From NCBI GenBank assembly GCA_030704615.1, contig CM060732.1, forward strand, positions 66,898,001 through 66,962,000: a DNA stretch of 64,000 nucleotides, given 5' to 3'. Position 1 is the first letter of the stretch, and the number at the start of each line of letters is the position of its first letter. This stretch comes from Takakia lepidozioides (lineage: Eukaryota; Plantae; Bryophyta). This document shows, one piece after another, positions 17,501 to 31,699 of the stretch. Under the pieces are notes generated by a model. The model saw nothing but the letters and a program-made list of their open reading frames with translations, searched no databases and was not told where the DNA came from. A program made the translations under genes and the position numbers.

Positions 17501-20500
17501 ATCTCGGTTGCAGTTATGGAAGTTATTGCTTTTTGAAACTAGAAGTTCATCCCATCACATCAACAGGTGATATGCAGAAGAAAATGACACATTACCATTG
17601 TGGTCGGAGATGGTGACAGCAGGGCGAATCCAGTAAGGGCATTTGTGCAGCCGGATGCCCCTCAGTATGCACCTGCAATTAGAACCACCTCAGAGGATGT
17701 ACTCATTGATTGGTCCCTGTGAACATTGGCAATAACCTAGCCTTATGGGCCTAGTCCCCATGGGACTAAAACTTTTACAGCTGGTTGTGAGGTTTTGCAC
17801 AAGTTTATACATGACTTTAGCTCCATAGGACATAGTCAAACAACACAGTAGTACCATCAAACCAGCGAATGTACTCATAGGACGTTGTCTGCCATAGCCT
17901 TGTGGCCAAACCCAGATTGGGCAGACCAGAGAGAGGGAGAGAGAGGTAGAGAGGAGACCAAAAATTTTCGTTTCAAGAAAAGGACAGTTCTTGTGGTATG
18001 AGGTGATATGGGAGTAAAAGCCTGCAGGTTACAAGACAAAGCAAACACTATTTGTGCACTTTAAGCACATGATGGGTGGAGGATCCCTCCCTGCATCACA
18101 AGCAGGCTCAGTAGGAATGAGAGTTCCATGTTTTGCAATTCTCTGTTGGAGGAAAACTTTCACAAGAAAGGGATTTACTTGTCTCAAGTTCTTTTGCCAT
18201 TTGGGTTGTTTGTGGATTGATAACCGGGGAGCAGAATGGCCACACCATCATGGAAGTTTCCCTCCTGTAATAGCTAAAGAGAGAAGAAGATTGCCAGAAA
18301 AGAGAGAGAGATCACCCAAGCAAGACTTACTTTCGGCCTACTGGAGTCTCCCCATTGAACTCCCTCATCACCCGCTCAAAATATTTCACGTAGCGCTGCC
18401 AAACACCAGACCGGATAGAGTCAAGACCCTGGGTTAGGTTACATATAATAGCCCATGACGGTGTACAGTTCACATGAAGCCCAGGACATTGGCAGGCATG
18501 TTAAATGCGGATGAAATCTATTAAACAAGATGAATATAAAAAAAACAGATATCAATTCTTCATACATGGGCCAATGGCACAGGCTACCCTAGGCCTAGAT
18601 CTCCCAAACAGGAGGGTCTCTCAACGTGTGCATATGAATGTAAAGGGGCAGGGAGCACACCCATAAGATGGGGAGAGAAAGGAAGACAACAATACTTCAT
18701 AAGTGTCCATGAGAAGCTTGGATGGCTTACTGGACAAAGAACCAACACACCCAGAGGAATAATCACATGCGCAAAGGATTCTAGGTTCTTTGGACTTCAC
18801 ACAAAGAGAAAGTGGGTGGGAAAGATTACAAGCTGGCTGGGAAGAACAAGGCCCTTGCCATCCACACAACGCTTCTGATTGTAATAATTAATTGACTCCT
18901 CCGCAGTTGGGAAAAACTGCAGCAGTGCATCCATGAAGAAGCAATGATCATTCAGTAGACTGGGGAAGAATATATGGGAGGAAACTCATGTGGAGAGCGA
19001 CCTCATCTATCCCATGACATCCCTATGCCTCTCTCTATCCTTTACTCTATCATGTGTTTTCAGTAAATGCCAGCCATCAAGTTATTTCTTAATCAATCCT
19101 TTCACCATATTGTTGCCTGTGTCTGTGATACTGCAAATACAGGCTGAGCTTCAGATCCTGGTAAGTGGCTCACAAGTGCCTCCTGCAGGTTTTGGTATCC
19201 CGTGGTAACTAGGCTCATCAGAGTGTGTCACATGGTAACATATGTTAAGCTCAAGGCAGATCTACAACAGGAATACATCATGCCCCTTCTTATGCCCCTC
19301 CCCTCTTGCTTACAAAGCATTGGAAAAGGTAAGATCAATTTCAGATCATGAATGTGTTGTAGTACACAAGCTCGGAAAAGAGGGGAGAGTACCTTGAGGT
19401 AGAGGAGGAGGCAAGATATCATGAGCCCGGTGCGCGCCATACCTGCCTTACAATGAACTACCACCACATTTTCAAGGTCCCCTTTCAACCAGGAGTACGC
19501 ACTCTGGCAAAATGCAGCTACCAGCTGTAACGGAGGACAGTTGTGATCATCAAATGGGAAACATGCTACCTGTCACCCAGCAAATCAGACCACATCTGCT
19601 CAAAACCTGCCATTCCAGCTCTCTATTTTGTCCATAAGCCTGTGCCTCCCTACCCACCATGGACTTTCTTTCTTTCTTGCACACACTCTCTATCTCATGT
19701 TACGGCACTTCAGCTCCTTCACCACAATTCGGCTTGCTTAGGGAGGCTGATCGAGCGCCTCACCTATGGGATTTAAGGTCAACATGATGGGAGTACATAC
19801 ACCCGCAATGAGTTCCAAGCATGCTGCACTCACAATTGTTTCAAACCACTCTTACTGACGCCCAGGCATTACAGACCAGTAACCCCGCTGCCATGGTGGT
19901 GATGTGCAAAGGTTATGTCTACAGAGGTTTTGCGCTAGTAAATTGCTGATCCCAATTCTTAGACCATCCAAGATAATGCACAAAGAACTTCCACTCCTTC
20001 CAAAACTCTGCTATTTGGATCTTGGCTTCATATACGAGGGGGCCACATGGTATGCAGTACCTCCTCCCCCTCTGTGAACTGACCGCCCTCCTTCTCATCT
20101 AATAGACCACAAAATTTCTGATCTTTTCTCTCTGTGCACCCACGTCGTGGGGTGGCTAGAGCAGCAGTGCAGTTGTGTATCCTAATATGATATCTACACA
20201 AGCTCTACATCTAACATTCCCTGTGGACAAGCAGAAATTGGTGATTTTGCGATGAGTCCCACATCAAATGTTCACAGGGACAAATGATTAGTAAATCTCT
20301 GCACCTACAGCAACATGTGTCACATTAGTCCAACATAGCAAAGCAGCATCAATTGGTGATGCAGTAGTCCTGTCTGACGTACACAATAACTTTCATAATT
20401 CTGTGCTAGGCATAATAAATGGTAGATGAAAAACATACAACCAGCTCTGGTAGCATCGCACAAGGACTAAACCCTAAAATGTATGCCATAGATAACGTAG

Positions 20501-23170
20501 ACTGAGAAAGACATCGGCGCATGTCTCTTTCCTGCCTTTGCCTTACAATCGGGCTTCAACTATCTTTACTGATCTACAAATTGTCACTTCCCCAGCATTT
20601 CACATGCAACAAGTATCTGATGGAAGTGATGGGCACGCCGTAGATGACAAAAAACCGCAATATTTTCAAATGAAACCGGACAACAGATTGAACAAGAAAC
20701 TTGCCTTTCCTTCAAAGAGTGCGGCATCATATAGTCGTTCTGAGCAGAGGTTATAAACCTTGTACTTTCCCTGACAAACAAACCCACTTGCTTACAGATC
20801 CCAAGACATGCTGACAGAGGTTACTGAACTGATATGAGTTTACATCAGCTTAATTGTGATGAGACATCCATCAATGCCATGGATTGCGTGATGATGAGGC
20901 GGTTATGCTCAGGAGGGAGGCTTTACTGGAAGGGTGTTTACCTTGTGTTGGGTTTCAAAGAATTTGATGACCTCCTCCATATGATTGCGGTAGAAGCCCT
21001 AAACATACCAGTGCACCATGGTACCAGTTGAGAATCAAGCTGGCATTTTTGTTAGAACTTACAATTATATCTAGGGAGTTTCCACCGAACTATGGGCACT
21101 TTCTGCTTCCTGAGGACCCCAACATAACGCCTCCAGGGAGACACCCAACCCCACATATCCTGCAGTCTGTGTGTCTGTGATAGAAGAGAGAGAAGAGTGC
21201 ATTTGCCCCTTGAATCACAAAGATACTTCTCTTTCCCCCTTACACTGTTCCCCAGCAATGCACATTCGATACTGTAACTGCTGTGGCGATACGGCGATGA
21301 GGAACTCACACAAGTGATTAGGCCTGTGACCTAACCAACAGCAGCCGAAACTACTGGAGTCCCTTCTTCAATGAAATTAAGCTCATTGGGCTGTGCCTTA
21401 AGCCATTGAGATGTCAAGTCACTATGTAAATATTGCCCTCATCAATCTGGAGGTCTGCCTTGGCCAACCCTGGCTAATTCATAGAAACTACAATGTGCAT
21501 GCATATGTTGATAGGCTGGATGATGGTAACCTACCAGATTCCAAAAATATATCTGGTTCTTCAATACTCATGATTTTGAATTTTTCCTTAATCTTTACAG
21601 TACTTCAACAATTCATCAGATATTACTAGAAGAGAAGAAAGAAGTCAAGCTTAAGAAGAGGATCTCAAGTACCTCCACATATCCCAGAAGGCCAGAGCTT
21701 ATATCTCCTGCCGGGAAACCCATGGCAATCACATTTTCAGTGATGTAGGCCATATCCAAATCAAATCCACCTTCCTGTACAAGGCACTCATTCAGCACAG
21801 GTGACTTTACAACCGTATCCTCCTTAAACCCCAGCTAGAGAACTGCCAGTCTTGTAAATGAAAAATTGATCGCTGTGCCAGCCCTATGGTGCTTAAAACA
21901 ATGAGATTGTCTCCCTACATACCCCCCCACGGCTGCAGGCACTATATTTTAAGAGTTCGTTTTCTCTCCTTTCCTCCAGGGGCATGGCAAGTTGGGTCGA
22001 GTCAGTGCATCTCTGCTTACGCCCCTTCCAAATAGGATCACTGGAACTGGCCCTTAGGCCACCAGCTTCCTTGCCAACAAGTATTGAATGGTGAACGTCA
22101 AGTACAAATGCAATGTACCCATGATTTACCTGATACCTTCGCTTATTCTGTGACACAAGATGTCGGGCCTTGATCTGCACTGCCTTCACAGCATTCTTCG
22201 ACGAGTCAAAAATTCCCCTGGTGAAGGTGCCCAACGCACTGCCCTCCTGAGCTTGGGCATTAGAAGTACTTTCATCTGGGGCCTCGACCACAGGAATCTT
22301 GACGGGCGCCCGCTTCCCAAATCCTGTGGTAAACAAACTGAAGGGTGATGATCGGCCAACCTCCCCAGCCACGCTCGAGGACACTTCCGGTGAAGCTGCA
22401 GGCATTCGCAATCCTCTGGCCCAATTGGAGAGACCTGATCTGGAGCCCCATTTCGCAGCCTCTCCACTGCCCTCCACGGGTGGCTTGGAGATGGGAGCAC
22501 CACGGGGTAAAGAGAAGGACCGTTGCTCTTGAACGTGGTGCAAGTCACTGGCTGAAGACAGGTTAGAGACTGATCTAAGGAGAGGGGTATATGGGATACC
22601 CGATGAAGTTGGGACGCTGGCTGACGGTGTGTCATCCGTAGCTACGCTTCCCATCATGATACTCAAGCCCTCTCTCAAATTCGTCAGGCAGGGCTGCTGG
22701 ATCCGTCTTTGGTGGTGCAACACTGACAGGAGAGGAGATTCAGAAAAGGAGGAGAAAGGGGCCGCTACAGTAGTTGAAAACTATCCTAAAAGGAAAATGC
22801 AGCACGGTAGCAGGACTCAGAAACATGCGCACACATCCTGATCAAGGGTAATGGGACGTAGATGTAGGAACATCCTTAAAGAAATCATACCCTAAACAAT
22901 TACTTAAATTCACTATAGGCCCAGAAGTTAGCAAAAGGCCGGAGGAAATCAAAGCTGGGTGTCGATGAAGTGATGGACAAGCATGCATGCTTGCAAGCAC
23001 AAACTCAAATGAGATAAATAGCTTCTGCGATACCCAGATCCGCCAACAGTGTGCTAGCACTGCTGTAGCCCACAACCTTCAGACCCAACTGGACGCCAAA
23101 CTGGCTCTCTTCGTAGCACTTCACATCTCAGTTCTCCAGATGCTATCATCGTCTGTATCAGTTCCCTCAT
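14553..23170 (-). CDS. PTEN2: PTEN2-like phosphoinositide 3-phosphatase/protein-tyrosine phosphatase, 14 exons: 23170-23077 (tentative), 22722-22130, 21774-21673, 20998-20942, 20770-20705, 19569-19393, 18916-18830, 18395-18331, 17672-17596, 16940-16894, 16445-16315, 16018-15949, 15515-15281, 15094-14553; up to 780 aa (alternative start 22657)
   Basis: [30 protein letters not shown], catalytic HCKAGMARTG, C2 domain GDFKVHF...WLNT and C-terminal DASVFTFGDEEDYESE. One GC-AG intron; total 2343 nt in frame. Confidence 0.95.
17867..17950 (+). repeat. Short interspersed repeat with GA-rich tail (copy 1, PTEN2 intron)
   Basis: GAATGTACTCATA...TGCCATAGCCTTGTGGCCA...CCCAG...(GA)n shared with 28307-28395. 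Confidence 0.7.
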
Positions 23171-24394
23171 CAGCCTAGTGACCCAACTTCAGTTCCTTCT
23201 CTCTCTTCGACCCGCCCTGCGCCCCCGCCTCAAGATCATGAGGTAGTAATCCACAAACCCGAGCTCAACAGCTCAAGAAACCTGTGAAGCATTCATGATC
23301 TAAAATTGCTGAATCTATTTGCAACCTTTCTAATACCGATTGCTGAGTCAGACGGTTCGATGAAGCCTTCAGGACGAGCTGACGTTGTCGACGCTATTCG
23401 TTCGTCTATTCCGTGGGCAGACCTCATACGCCAAAAGTCGCACACTATGTTCAGATAATAGTCAGACCTGGCTCGTTGTTATAGGGGAGGGGTATCAATG
23501 TCTTTACCCACCACTCGGACATCCAGACACACAGATGGGTGCTCAAATTTTGTAGAGTACCCTTGCACTGAAGGATGATCACCAGAGTAAACCTCTACAA
23601 TTCGGCGACAAGAATTCGAAGGTTTGCCGTGCATCACACTGCAGCTCAGGAGTCCGAAACCATCTCCAATGGCAACATCAGTTCTAAGTGAACCTGTGTA
23701 CAGGGTACCGAATCCAACCAATTGACCATGTATGCATGAAGGCTGGGAAAAAACTACTTCCTGCTTCTAGTCATGCTGCAATTCCAACTCCAACATCACA
23801 TTGCAGGAATTACATTGACATCGAATCACAGCACTCTAACGGGTGGTGGATCCAGCCCAGCCATATAATCAACTATAGAAAGGTTGTTGCAGCTCAGGGC
23901 TTGGAGTGGACTGTGAGGTCCCTTTCTTCCTTTGAGGAGACAAACCCTGAATCTTCAACAAGAGATCATGTATACATGGAGATCTGTTCTCAGGCCTTCT
24001 AATGATATATGTAGTTGATCGAATGCTATCACTGCAACACTACTGTGTGCTCATTTGGGAGTTCAACAGCGACCAATAGTATGTCAAGGGACTTTCCTGT
24101 TGATGACTGTATTTCCACTGACACTGGCGATGGAGCAGCTGCCAAATAGCAACCATAGTGTAAATAGTGGCTGCCGAGGTTGTTCTGAAAGAGACGAGGA
24201 CCAAAGAGGCTAGTGGGAAATGCCAGAGGAGAGGCCACTGCCTTTCCTGGGCTTCAAAGCAAGGAATAATACGACCTCCTCCAGATCAAAACCATTAGAG
24301 AATTCCCAGGCATAATGGCCAATTATTATTCTCAAATGAGACTACCAGCAATGTTTGTCAAGGAAGCCACTAGCATTTGAAACATGACTTGCAG

Positions 24395-27300
24395 CTACAC
24401 CGAACAATTCTCCGAATCATTAATATATCTACTTGAATTTGCTTCCTGTAGACTGATGGGTATTTGCAAGCCATCGTAGGCTAGTTGGATATCTAGTCCC
24501 TCACTGATTAACAGTTTTGCAAGCTCTGCATTGACTTTGTCATGGTCCATAGTGTGCATCATTCCTGCCAAAGCACCCAATCAATCCGTCACTTCAACAA
24601 CTTAACCAACTAACTTTGCAGGACTCCAGCAACTTTGCATCAATCTATATTGCAACAGGTGCGATCAAACCACCTAGTGCACCAAATCTTCAGTCTGTTC
24701 ATTGCCCCCTGCGACTGCTTCATCATAATAACAACCCACCTGTGAAGAGAGTACGTTTGGGACCGATCTTCCGCACCTCCATCAGAGCCTGAAAAACAAG
24801 TACAACGCAGAGCACCCGTTGATTTCACCCTCAGTGCATAAGTAGGAATTATATTGAAACTTAGATAATCAGGGCACAAGTAATTAGAACATACTTGAAG
24901 ATGTAGAAACCTGTGTGGAGCCCCAAAAGACCATGAGGGATCTTGACAACCCATGAACACTTACAGGGCAGGATTGTTTTGTTGGGTGAGCCAGTTCTCA
25001 TTAGCACATGCTTTGTATAGATAATTTGATACATGTACTTTGCACTCAGGGTCAAAAAAATCCTCACCTCCGGTAGTCCAAAATGGGTGGCACTGGAGTG
25101 GTCTGGTCTTAGAGCATCCTGCATGGATTGCCACGACCCATGAGAAGAGGTTGCAGTTGCATTAGGTCAATGTTGGCTCAGAGTAAAATCCAGCCTTACT
25201 TTAGGTAACTTAGCTTTGTGAGGGTCTCTCTTTAAGTATCAGACAGCATCATGCCTAGCAGTGACTAGATGTTTCATATTCCCCTTGATCTCATCTCTCC
25301 CCCAAAAACCTGTGAATGATTATATATCCAAGTCCAGCATGCAGTATTAACCTTAGAGGTTGACTCTGAGTATTGACATCAACATAGCACTGACTCGGTG
25401 AAATTCCACCACAGTAACTTGACTACGACAGTTACAAATCAGTTAACAGCTACAACAGTTGTTGAAGTGGAAAATCATTACCAAGACAAGAATTTCACAG
25501 TTCTCTAAAAGTGGGTATGTCGTCTCAGGAATCTCACTTACATCACTGCACCATGTGCCAGAACACCCACAGAAACATTTGATCTGCCTAGCACAGAATG
25601 CATGTTAAACTAGTAAGAGCATCATATCTGGTCTTCTCAGAAATCATTACTTCACTTTATTATGAGTAAAACAACTCACACCCTTGAAGAAAATATAACC
25701 ACTGGCCTAGACCTTGTTTATGGGTGTGAGATGATTGGATAGGATGTGGTAATAAGTGGACTATCTGCAAGCCATGGGAATGGTGCAAGGGCAATCTGTA
25801 GTACATAGCAAATTGCAGAGCCACTATCATCTGAGGATGAAATGAGCTATAGCAAACTAGAATAAATTGACGGCACAGGTCCACTACACACCTGATGTAG
25901 CAGATATTTTCCACCCGAAATCCAAGGGACCGGTACCCTGGTCCATGCCATACAGGTAATGGAACAACCTAATACAGTCAAGCAGCAAGAGTTCAAAACA
26001 GGCCAATAGACTTGCTGGTAAGCCAACCCTTCACAGTTTTGCACCGGTCCATCATTGGGCTCTAGCTCATCTTGGTGTTCTCTCCCCATCCACAAAGATG
26101 AGATATTTCTTAAATGATACACGTTCAAACACTAAAAATCACTAACATGTAAAGTCAGTGAGCAGTGCTGATCTGATGAGTAGTCTCTGGATATTAGTAT
26201 TTATGACTGGTCAATCCAGTGCAGCACGGAAGGGGAGGAACCTTCTTAGAACCCAACTTACAGTGCTTCAAACAGTTGCCACAAATTGGGCAAAGAAGAG
26301 ACCTCAAGTCTAACAGTCCATTACTGTGCTCCATTGTAAACATCCAGCTGAAGGTATGCACAGGTTCTTCATTGCTCAAGGGCCCCTTGGAGCCCCACAA
26401 CTATGAAGCCAATATTTTTAAACCTCCGTGTCTACACACAGACACAGCACATGCTATCCACTACATGACGTAATTAGGTTTGTGTTCTATCAAGCTAACA
26501 AAATTTAATAGGCAAGTTAACTGCCTAATCCACTAGGGGACAACACTCCAACAGGGATCTACAAAAGTCTGAACCATGACCATACTCCACAAGCAATCTC
26601 CACACTGCCACTTAATTCAACTTGTGGACAAGGCCAGCAATTGGGAGAATTACTTTGAGGCCATGTACAAAGAAGGGCTCCTCAGTCATCAATTGAAACT
26701 GCAACTTTGACACAGCAGTTCCTTTTGTGATAACACTCGTGTCGACCAGGTAGTAATGTGACAGTGCCATCACCTTATCACACAGACAAAATTGTCAGGC
26801 ATTGTACCATATTGGGATGACACATCCAAATATCACATCATACCTGACCACAATGCATTGAAGGTGCAAAGCAGCGCAGAGAAAGAAAGAAATGTATTAC
26901 ATCCACTGGAGGCCAGAGGTGGAAGACGTGCATCGCAAAAGTACTCACCTCAAGGTCACGTTGCGTGACATAAATTGGAATAGTGGGTTGTATGTTGTTA
27001 GTCCAATCACGAAGATCATCTAACCCTGCAGAGCATGGCAACAATAATTTGAGACACTCAGGAAAACATGCAAGCAACTGTGCTTGGAATTGTATTTGCA
27101 TTCACTCCTCCCTAAGTTCGACTGCCCATGCTTACCGGCATCCTAGTCCTTGCCCATTCCAGGCTGGTTTTCCTATTTAAGCTGTTCTCATCATCTATGC
27201 AGACACTGGTGTATTGTGGCTTCTGTCTCTTCCAGCCTGTGACCTCGGCCCTTTGTGTGGAGAGAGCATTAGCCAGGGCACTAAGGATGAACGCACACTA

Positions 27301-30300
27301 GAGGGGCTCACTCCAGTAGTGGGACTTACCTTGGTATAAACAATTGGTTTGGGCTTTCCAGATTTCCTCTAGAAATCCCTTCACCGGTATTGATCTGCTG
27401 TGTTTGAGCTGCCCAGCAATTAGAGCCCAATAGGGCCAGGGCTTTAGGTGCAGCCTCGAGATTTGAAAGTGGTGAACAGAGAGCAGGGTGTTCTTGATGG
27501 TCCTGAAGAGGGTCAGAAATACCCCAGACATTGTACATGGATATTATCTTCAGGCCGCCCACACATCGGATATGGACAATCTTCCATTCCTCTCTGCATC
27601 TGTTTTTTGTTCAAAGGTAGACTCCCTGCCATGAGTTTAAATTTCAGTCCAGTGCCGAGGGTAAGTAGGTCCAATAGCTCACCCTTAAGGTCCTCACCCA
27701 TGTCACAAACTGGAAACAAGTTCAGGGAAGTTTTAAGCCTAACTTCGTTTAGTTCCGACATTCTTTGTGCTTCTGACATGGCCTTCTGATATGGCCTTAG
27801 ACACTCCAAGTCAGCTTTGTCTAGCAGTGTCAATTCTTCCTGCCTAATATTCAGGTAATTGAAACTCTCCTCTACCATTTTCCGCCAGGACTCAGCCTGT
27901 TTAACAACACGGTCTTGCTTCCAAGAACTACAGTCAATCATCTTAGGGTATCTGGTATTAGGCATGCAATTCAACTGACCCCACCATCTGACCTTGAACT
28001 CATCACATCAAGAGCTCAAGGGTGGTACTCCAAACTCGCCCTGAGCAGCCACATTAGCTGTTCTAGTGCGCGCTGACATGCTCTCTTTGAGAGCCAAAAG
28101 TTGAATGGAATCTAAAGTTTTAGCATGGTTGGAGTTGGCCTCCCACACAGCAGATGTGTACTCCAAGGTAGGCCTCCTAACATTGCAGAGCATGGTCCTT
28201 TTACCGTTAGTATTAATCCCTCTGCAATGGAAAAACTGAGTGAGACCCACGGCTTTGCATTGCTGTTTGAACCATTTTTTAGATATGCAAGAGGGTGAGA
28301 GTGAGAGAATGTACTCATAAGACTTTGTTTGCCATAGCCTTGTGGCCATAGACCACATGCCCAGTTTGGATGGAAAGAGAGAGCGAGAGAGACAGACAAA
28401 GAGAGTTGCACTATACACATTAGGTACTTACTAGATCCCAAAGACATAATAGCACGCAATTTCATTTTGTTTGACGGTTACGGCCATTTTGGGCACTATC
28501 AATTAGTCTCTAGTGTAGAACCTCGCCTGGCCCATCACAAGCAAGCGCACCAACCAAAGCAGTTAGTGGTCCTCTTGGAACTCCAGGCTTGAACTCCTAC
28601 ACATGTCATGTCACCTTCGAAAAACAGTTCTAAACTTTAGATGTGGCAAGAAAACTGAGTTTATTTCCACATCAGGTCCACTGCAAGGAGAGGGTGATAT
28701 CAGAAATAATTCACTACAGACAGGTAATATATCCCATCAAGCTCCTCTCGGTCTTACAAATACATGAGTACTTTGGGTCCCACAATCCAGAAAGTTCAGT
28801 AGTGGATGAATAAGGGATGTGCTGGACTAGAAAGAATCCATCACAAATGAACAATTTGGAACAAGATGTACATGGATGTCTTCCCCCCTCCCTAGTTTTC
28901 AAAATATACTGATAATTAGGAGAACAAACTGAGAGACGTACCACCAATTGCATCAGCGTGAGCATGGGTGATGATAACTGCATCCAGATTCCTGATTCTG
29001 CAGATCAAAATCAAGTCAAACAATGATCTGTTTTACTTGGCTCCGCAGTGGCTGCAATTACTACCCTTGATCTCATGCCTGATCAACTGCTTTCACATCT
29101 ATCAACCACTTGGCCTTGATTGCACTATTAGACCCCCAAAGGGAGAACTAGCATACAATGTGCTAGAGCCCTATTTGTGCAAATTCTCTTCTTTTGGGAA
29201 ACAAGAACAAAACAAACACTTCAGAAGACTATTAACCTGGAATTTAGATTCAACCCTCAAGTTGGTGGGCATATAACTCACCCGTAATATGGAAACCATT
29301 GAAGTGCACTGTGATAAAAGAATCTGCCAATTCAGAGAAATGCAACACATGAGTTCACCGCTGATTGCACCGTATTCCACAAAATTATTCGCCACAGAGC
29401 AGCCCACAGAGAAGCGAAGGTAAGAATGCCCCAAGAACCTTCTAAACAACCTGAATAACACCGCAGTCATTGAATAAAAACTTAGGTGCATCCACTTCCC
29501 AATTCCTTCCTCTCCTCTATTGGCCAAACATGAGTTATTACTGCATGACTAGAATATGATTCCGAATGACGTATAAAGGTAAACAGAAGGCAGAGTCGTA
29601 CTTGCCAGCATCTATGAGAATGTTCAGGCGACGTCCATCAGGGACAGCATAACGAAGCACCACGCTAGTGTTGCGTCGCCTGTTCTTGTTCCCCAATTTT
29701 GCTGCAGCCCAGCACACCTGTCATCCTAACCTTATTAAGCTCAAGATATGTAGTCCACTAAACCCGCAAACCTTTAAGGTCATAGTTTGTCCCCTAGACT
29801 TGGCTCACTAACTGAGGCTTCTCATTACTTGACTGCTGATATATGAGCACATCCACTGGGTGACAGCACGCCACTTACGCACACAGACAGCCAGTATCTG
29901 GAAGATAGTGGAGAATACCAGTGTTTGAGGACATTTCCTACCCGATCCCCTTTTAAGCTCTCTGGTCATCTTACTTCTTGTTTTCCTGGGTGTTTGCATT
30001 TCTGATGAACTTTGTCAGTGATTCTAATCATGTCTCTTCAGGCTGGACATATTGCGATTCTGGTTTGTGTCTCAAGGGTGCAGTACATTCATCAGGCATT
30101 TTGCAGTTCCATTCCTCAAAAAGTGAAGTGGTCCGTTGCTAATTTCCGAAGGACAAACATTCTTGTCTGTGTCCACACTTACTGGACATCTTTTCTCCCG
30201 GTCAGTGAGGCAGCTGACGAGAGGAATGCCTTCGCTTGTCCCAGTTCCCAAAAAAATGAGGTCTGAAGTTGCCGCCTTGCCTTCCCCATCAGACGCCTGC

Positions 30301-31192
30301 TTCCCCAGGACTCCATCCACAAAGGCTGCCGATTCTGTAGCTGCCTGCAATGAAGACCCCAAATACAGTGAATTACCAATTTCAGTGGCATGCCTATTAC
30401 ATCCCAGCACCAGATTTGAAATACTCTCTGAAAGCTGCCACGACTGTGGTGTAGACTCTCATATCAAGGAGTCTTCACAATCACCGCAAATGTGAAGTGT
30501 CAAAACAAAACCAGGTACAGCAATAATGAACTTGCTGTGCTTTGCATTGATAGATACCGGAGAATAGAACGTGAGGGTGGCTAGATTGGTGTCACCGCTG
30601 ACATTTCAAACCCTGTCTCTGCCCGAGTGTGCGCACCAATCAGCGTTTTCTGTAGGATCCACCGGACACCTAAACCTACGACAAAGGACTGAGCTCTCTC
30701 TCTTTCTCTCTGCCCTTGCCTTCCACAACAGAGAGAATCGTGTATGTATCTTGATGACATGCCCCATAGGTAATAAACAAGCATCGAAAAATTGGGTCTC
30801 CAAACCACCATTCAACCACCCAAGAGCGAGTAAACAGCCTTCCTTTCCACAAAAGATTAGCACAAACCCGAAACAGAGAAAAGACAAATCAAATTGACGA
30901 GATCATAGACTACCCGAGAGGAGTCAGATGGAGCGATGCCGACATCCCCCCTCACTTGCAAACTCCAGCCTCCTTGATGCTTTCGGGTTATGGGCCAAGG
31001 CCTACAAACCGGTGCTCTGCTATACCCACGAACAGAATCATGCGTGAAGCTGGGCACAGCTTCCAGACCCTTGAGAGAGATAAGTGAAGGTGGGCAGGAG
31101 TGCATCAACGCCATCATGCGCTGCAGTGCCGAGCGTGCACCAGTGTGGGCAAGGCCACTATACCCACACACACACTGCAAGCAACTTGACAT
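24395..31192 (-). CDS. Metallo-beta-lactamase-fold hydrolase (PhnP/C777.06c-like) with probable organellar transit peptide, 12 exons: 31192-30956, 30344-30183, 29717-29602, 29323-29282, 28997-28942, 27025-26949, 26773-26654, 25968-25892, 25545-25482, 25118-25068, 24788-24740, 24564-24395; 406 aa
   Basis: FLGTGTSEGIP, NILIDAGKFFYHSAL, ITHAHADAIGGLDDLRDW, PVWHG, CYISDV, DALRP...THFGL, GMMH...AYDGL. Junctions keep frame (1221 nt); the first two exon boundaries are less certain. Confidence 0.93.
27298..28300 (-). mobile_element. Degenerate non-LTR retrotransposon (LINE) ORF2 3' fragment in the largest hydrolase intron
   Basis: RPTLEYTSAVW...LDSIQ...ANVAAQGEFGVPPL (post-RT region) and KFKLMAGSLPLN...CPYPMCGRPEDNIH (C-terminal zinc knuckle), broken by frameshifts. 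Confidence 0.75.
28307..28395 (+). repeat. Short interspersed repeat with GA-rich flanks (copy 2, hydrolase intron)
   Basis: Homologous to 17867-17950, with GA-rich tracts on both sides. Confidence 0.7.
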
Positions 31193-31699
31193 TCTTCAAC
31201 AACCCACCTCCGAAATCACACTTCCTTTCCCACAGATTCCCACACGACAAAGATCCCAGGGTATCTAGCATCTGCGAGATGCCAGAAAGGTGATGGCTCT
31301 CATCTCGCCATCAAATTTCGTCCTTCTTCATCCCCGGATGCAGTTTCTAGAATGCCCCACGTCAGTCCGGCATCTGATTTCATAGAAGAATTCTTTCAGA
31401 ATACTGAGGTAAGTATGCGTACCCAATCAGGATAGCAGATTTGACCCCATAAACATCTGGGTGGCACTGCGTTCACTATCCAACAGAGCTACTGACTGTT
31501 GGTGGTTGCCGTTGGCAAAAACTATCCTTTTCTATTGACAGCAAGAGACTTGTCTTATGTAGAATACACTTTGGGTACAAATCTTTCAAGACAGGAGAGG
31601 ATGCACGATGGATGCGCAGAGTGTGGAATGGGGGAGGTTGAGTGAATTTCAGGAGAAGGGAGAGGGAGGAAATGCAGTAAAGGGGAGGGAGAGGAGGAT

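Noticed and set aside
23280-24390. Extra gene between PTEN2 and the hydrolase
   Set aside because: Only short ORFs with no recognisable motifs; the space is accounted for by the hydrolase 3' UTR and the PTEN2 promoter.
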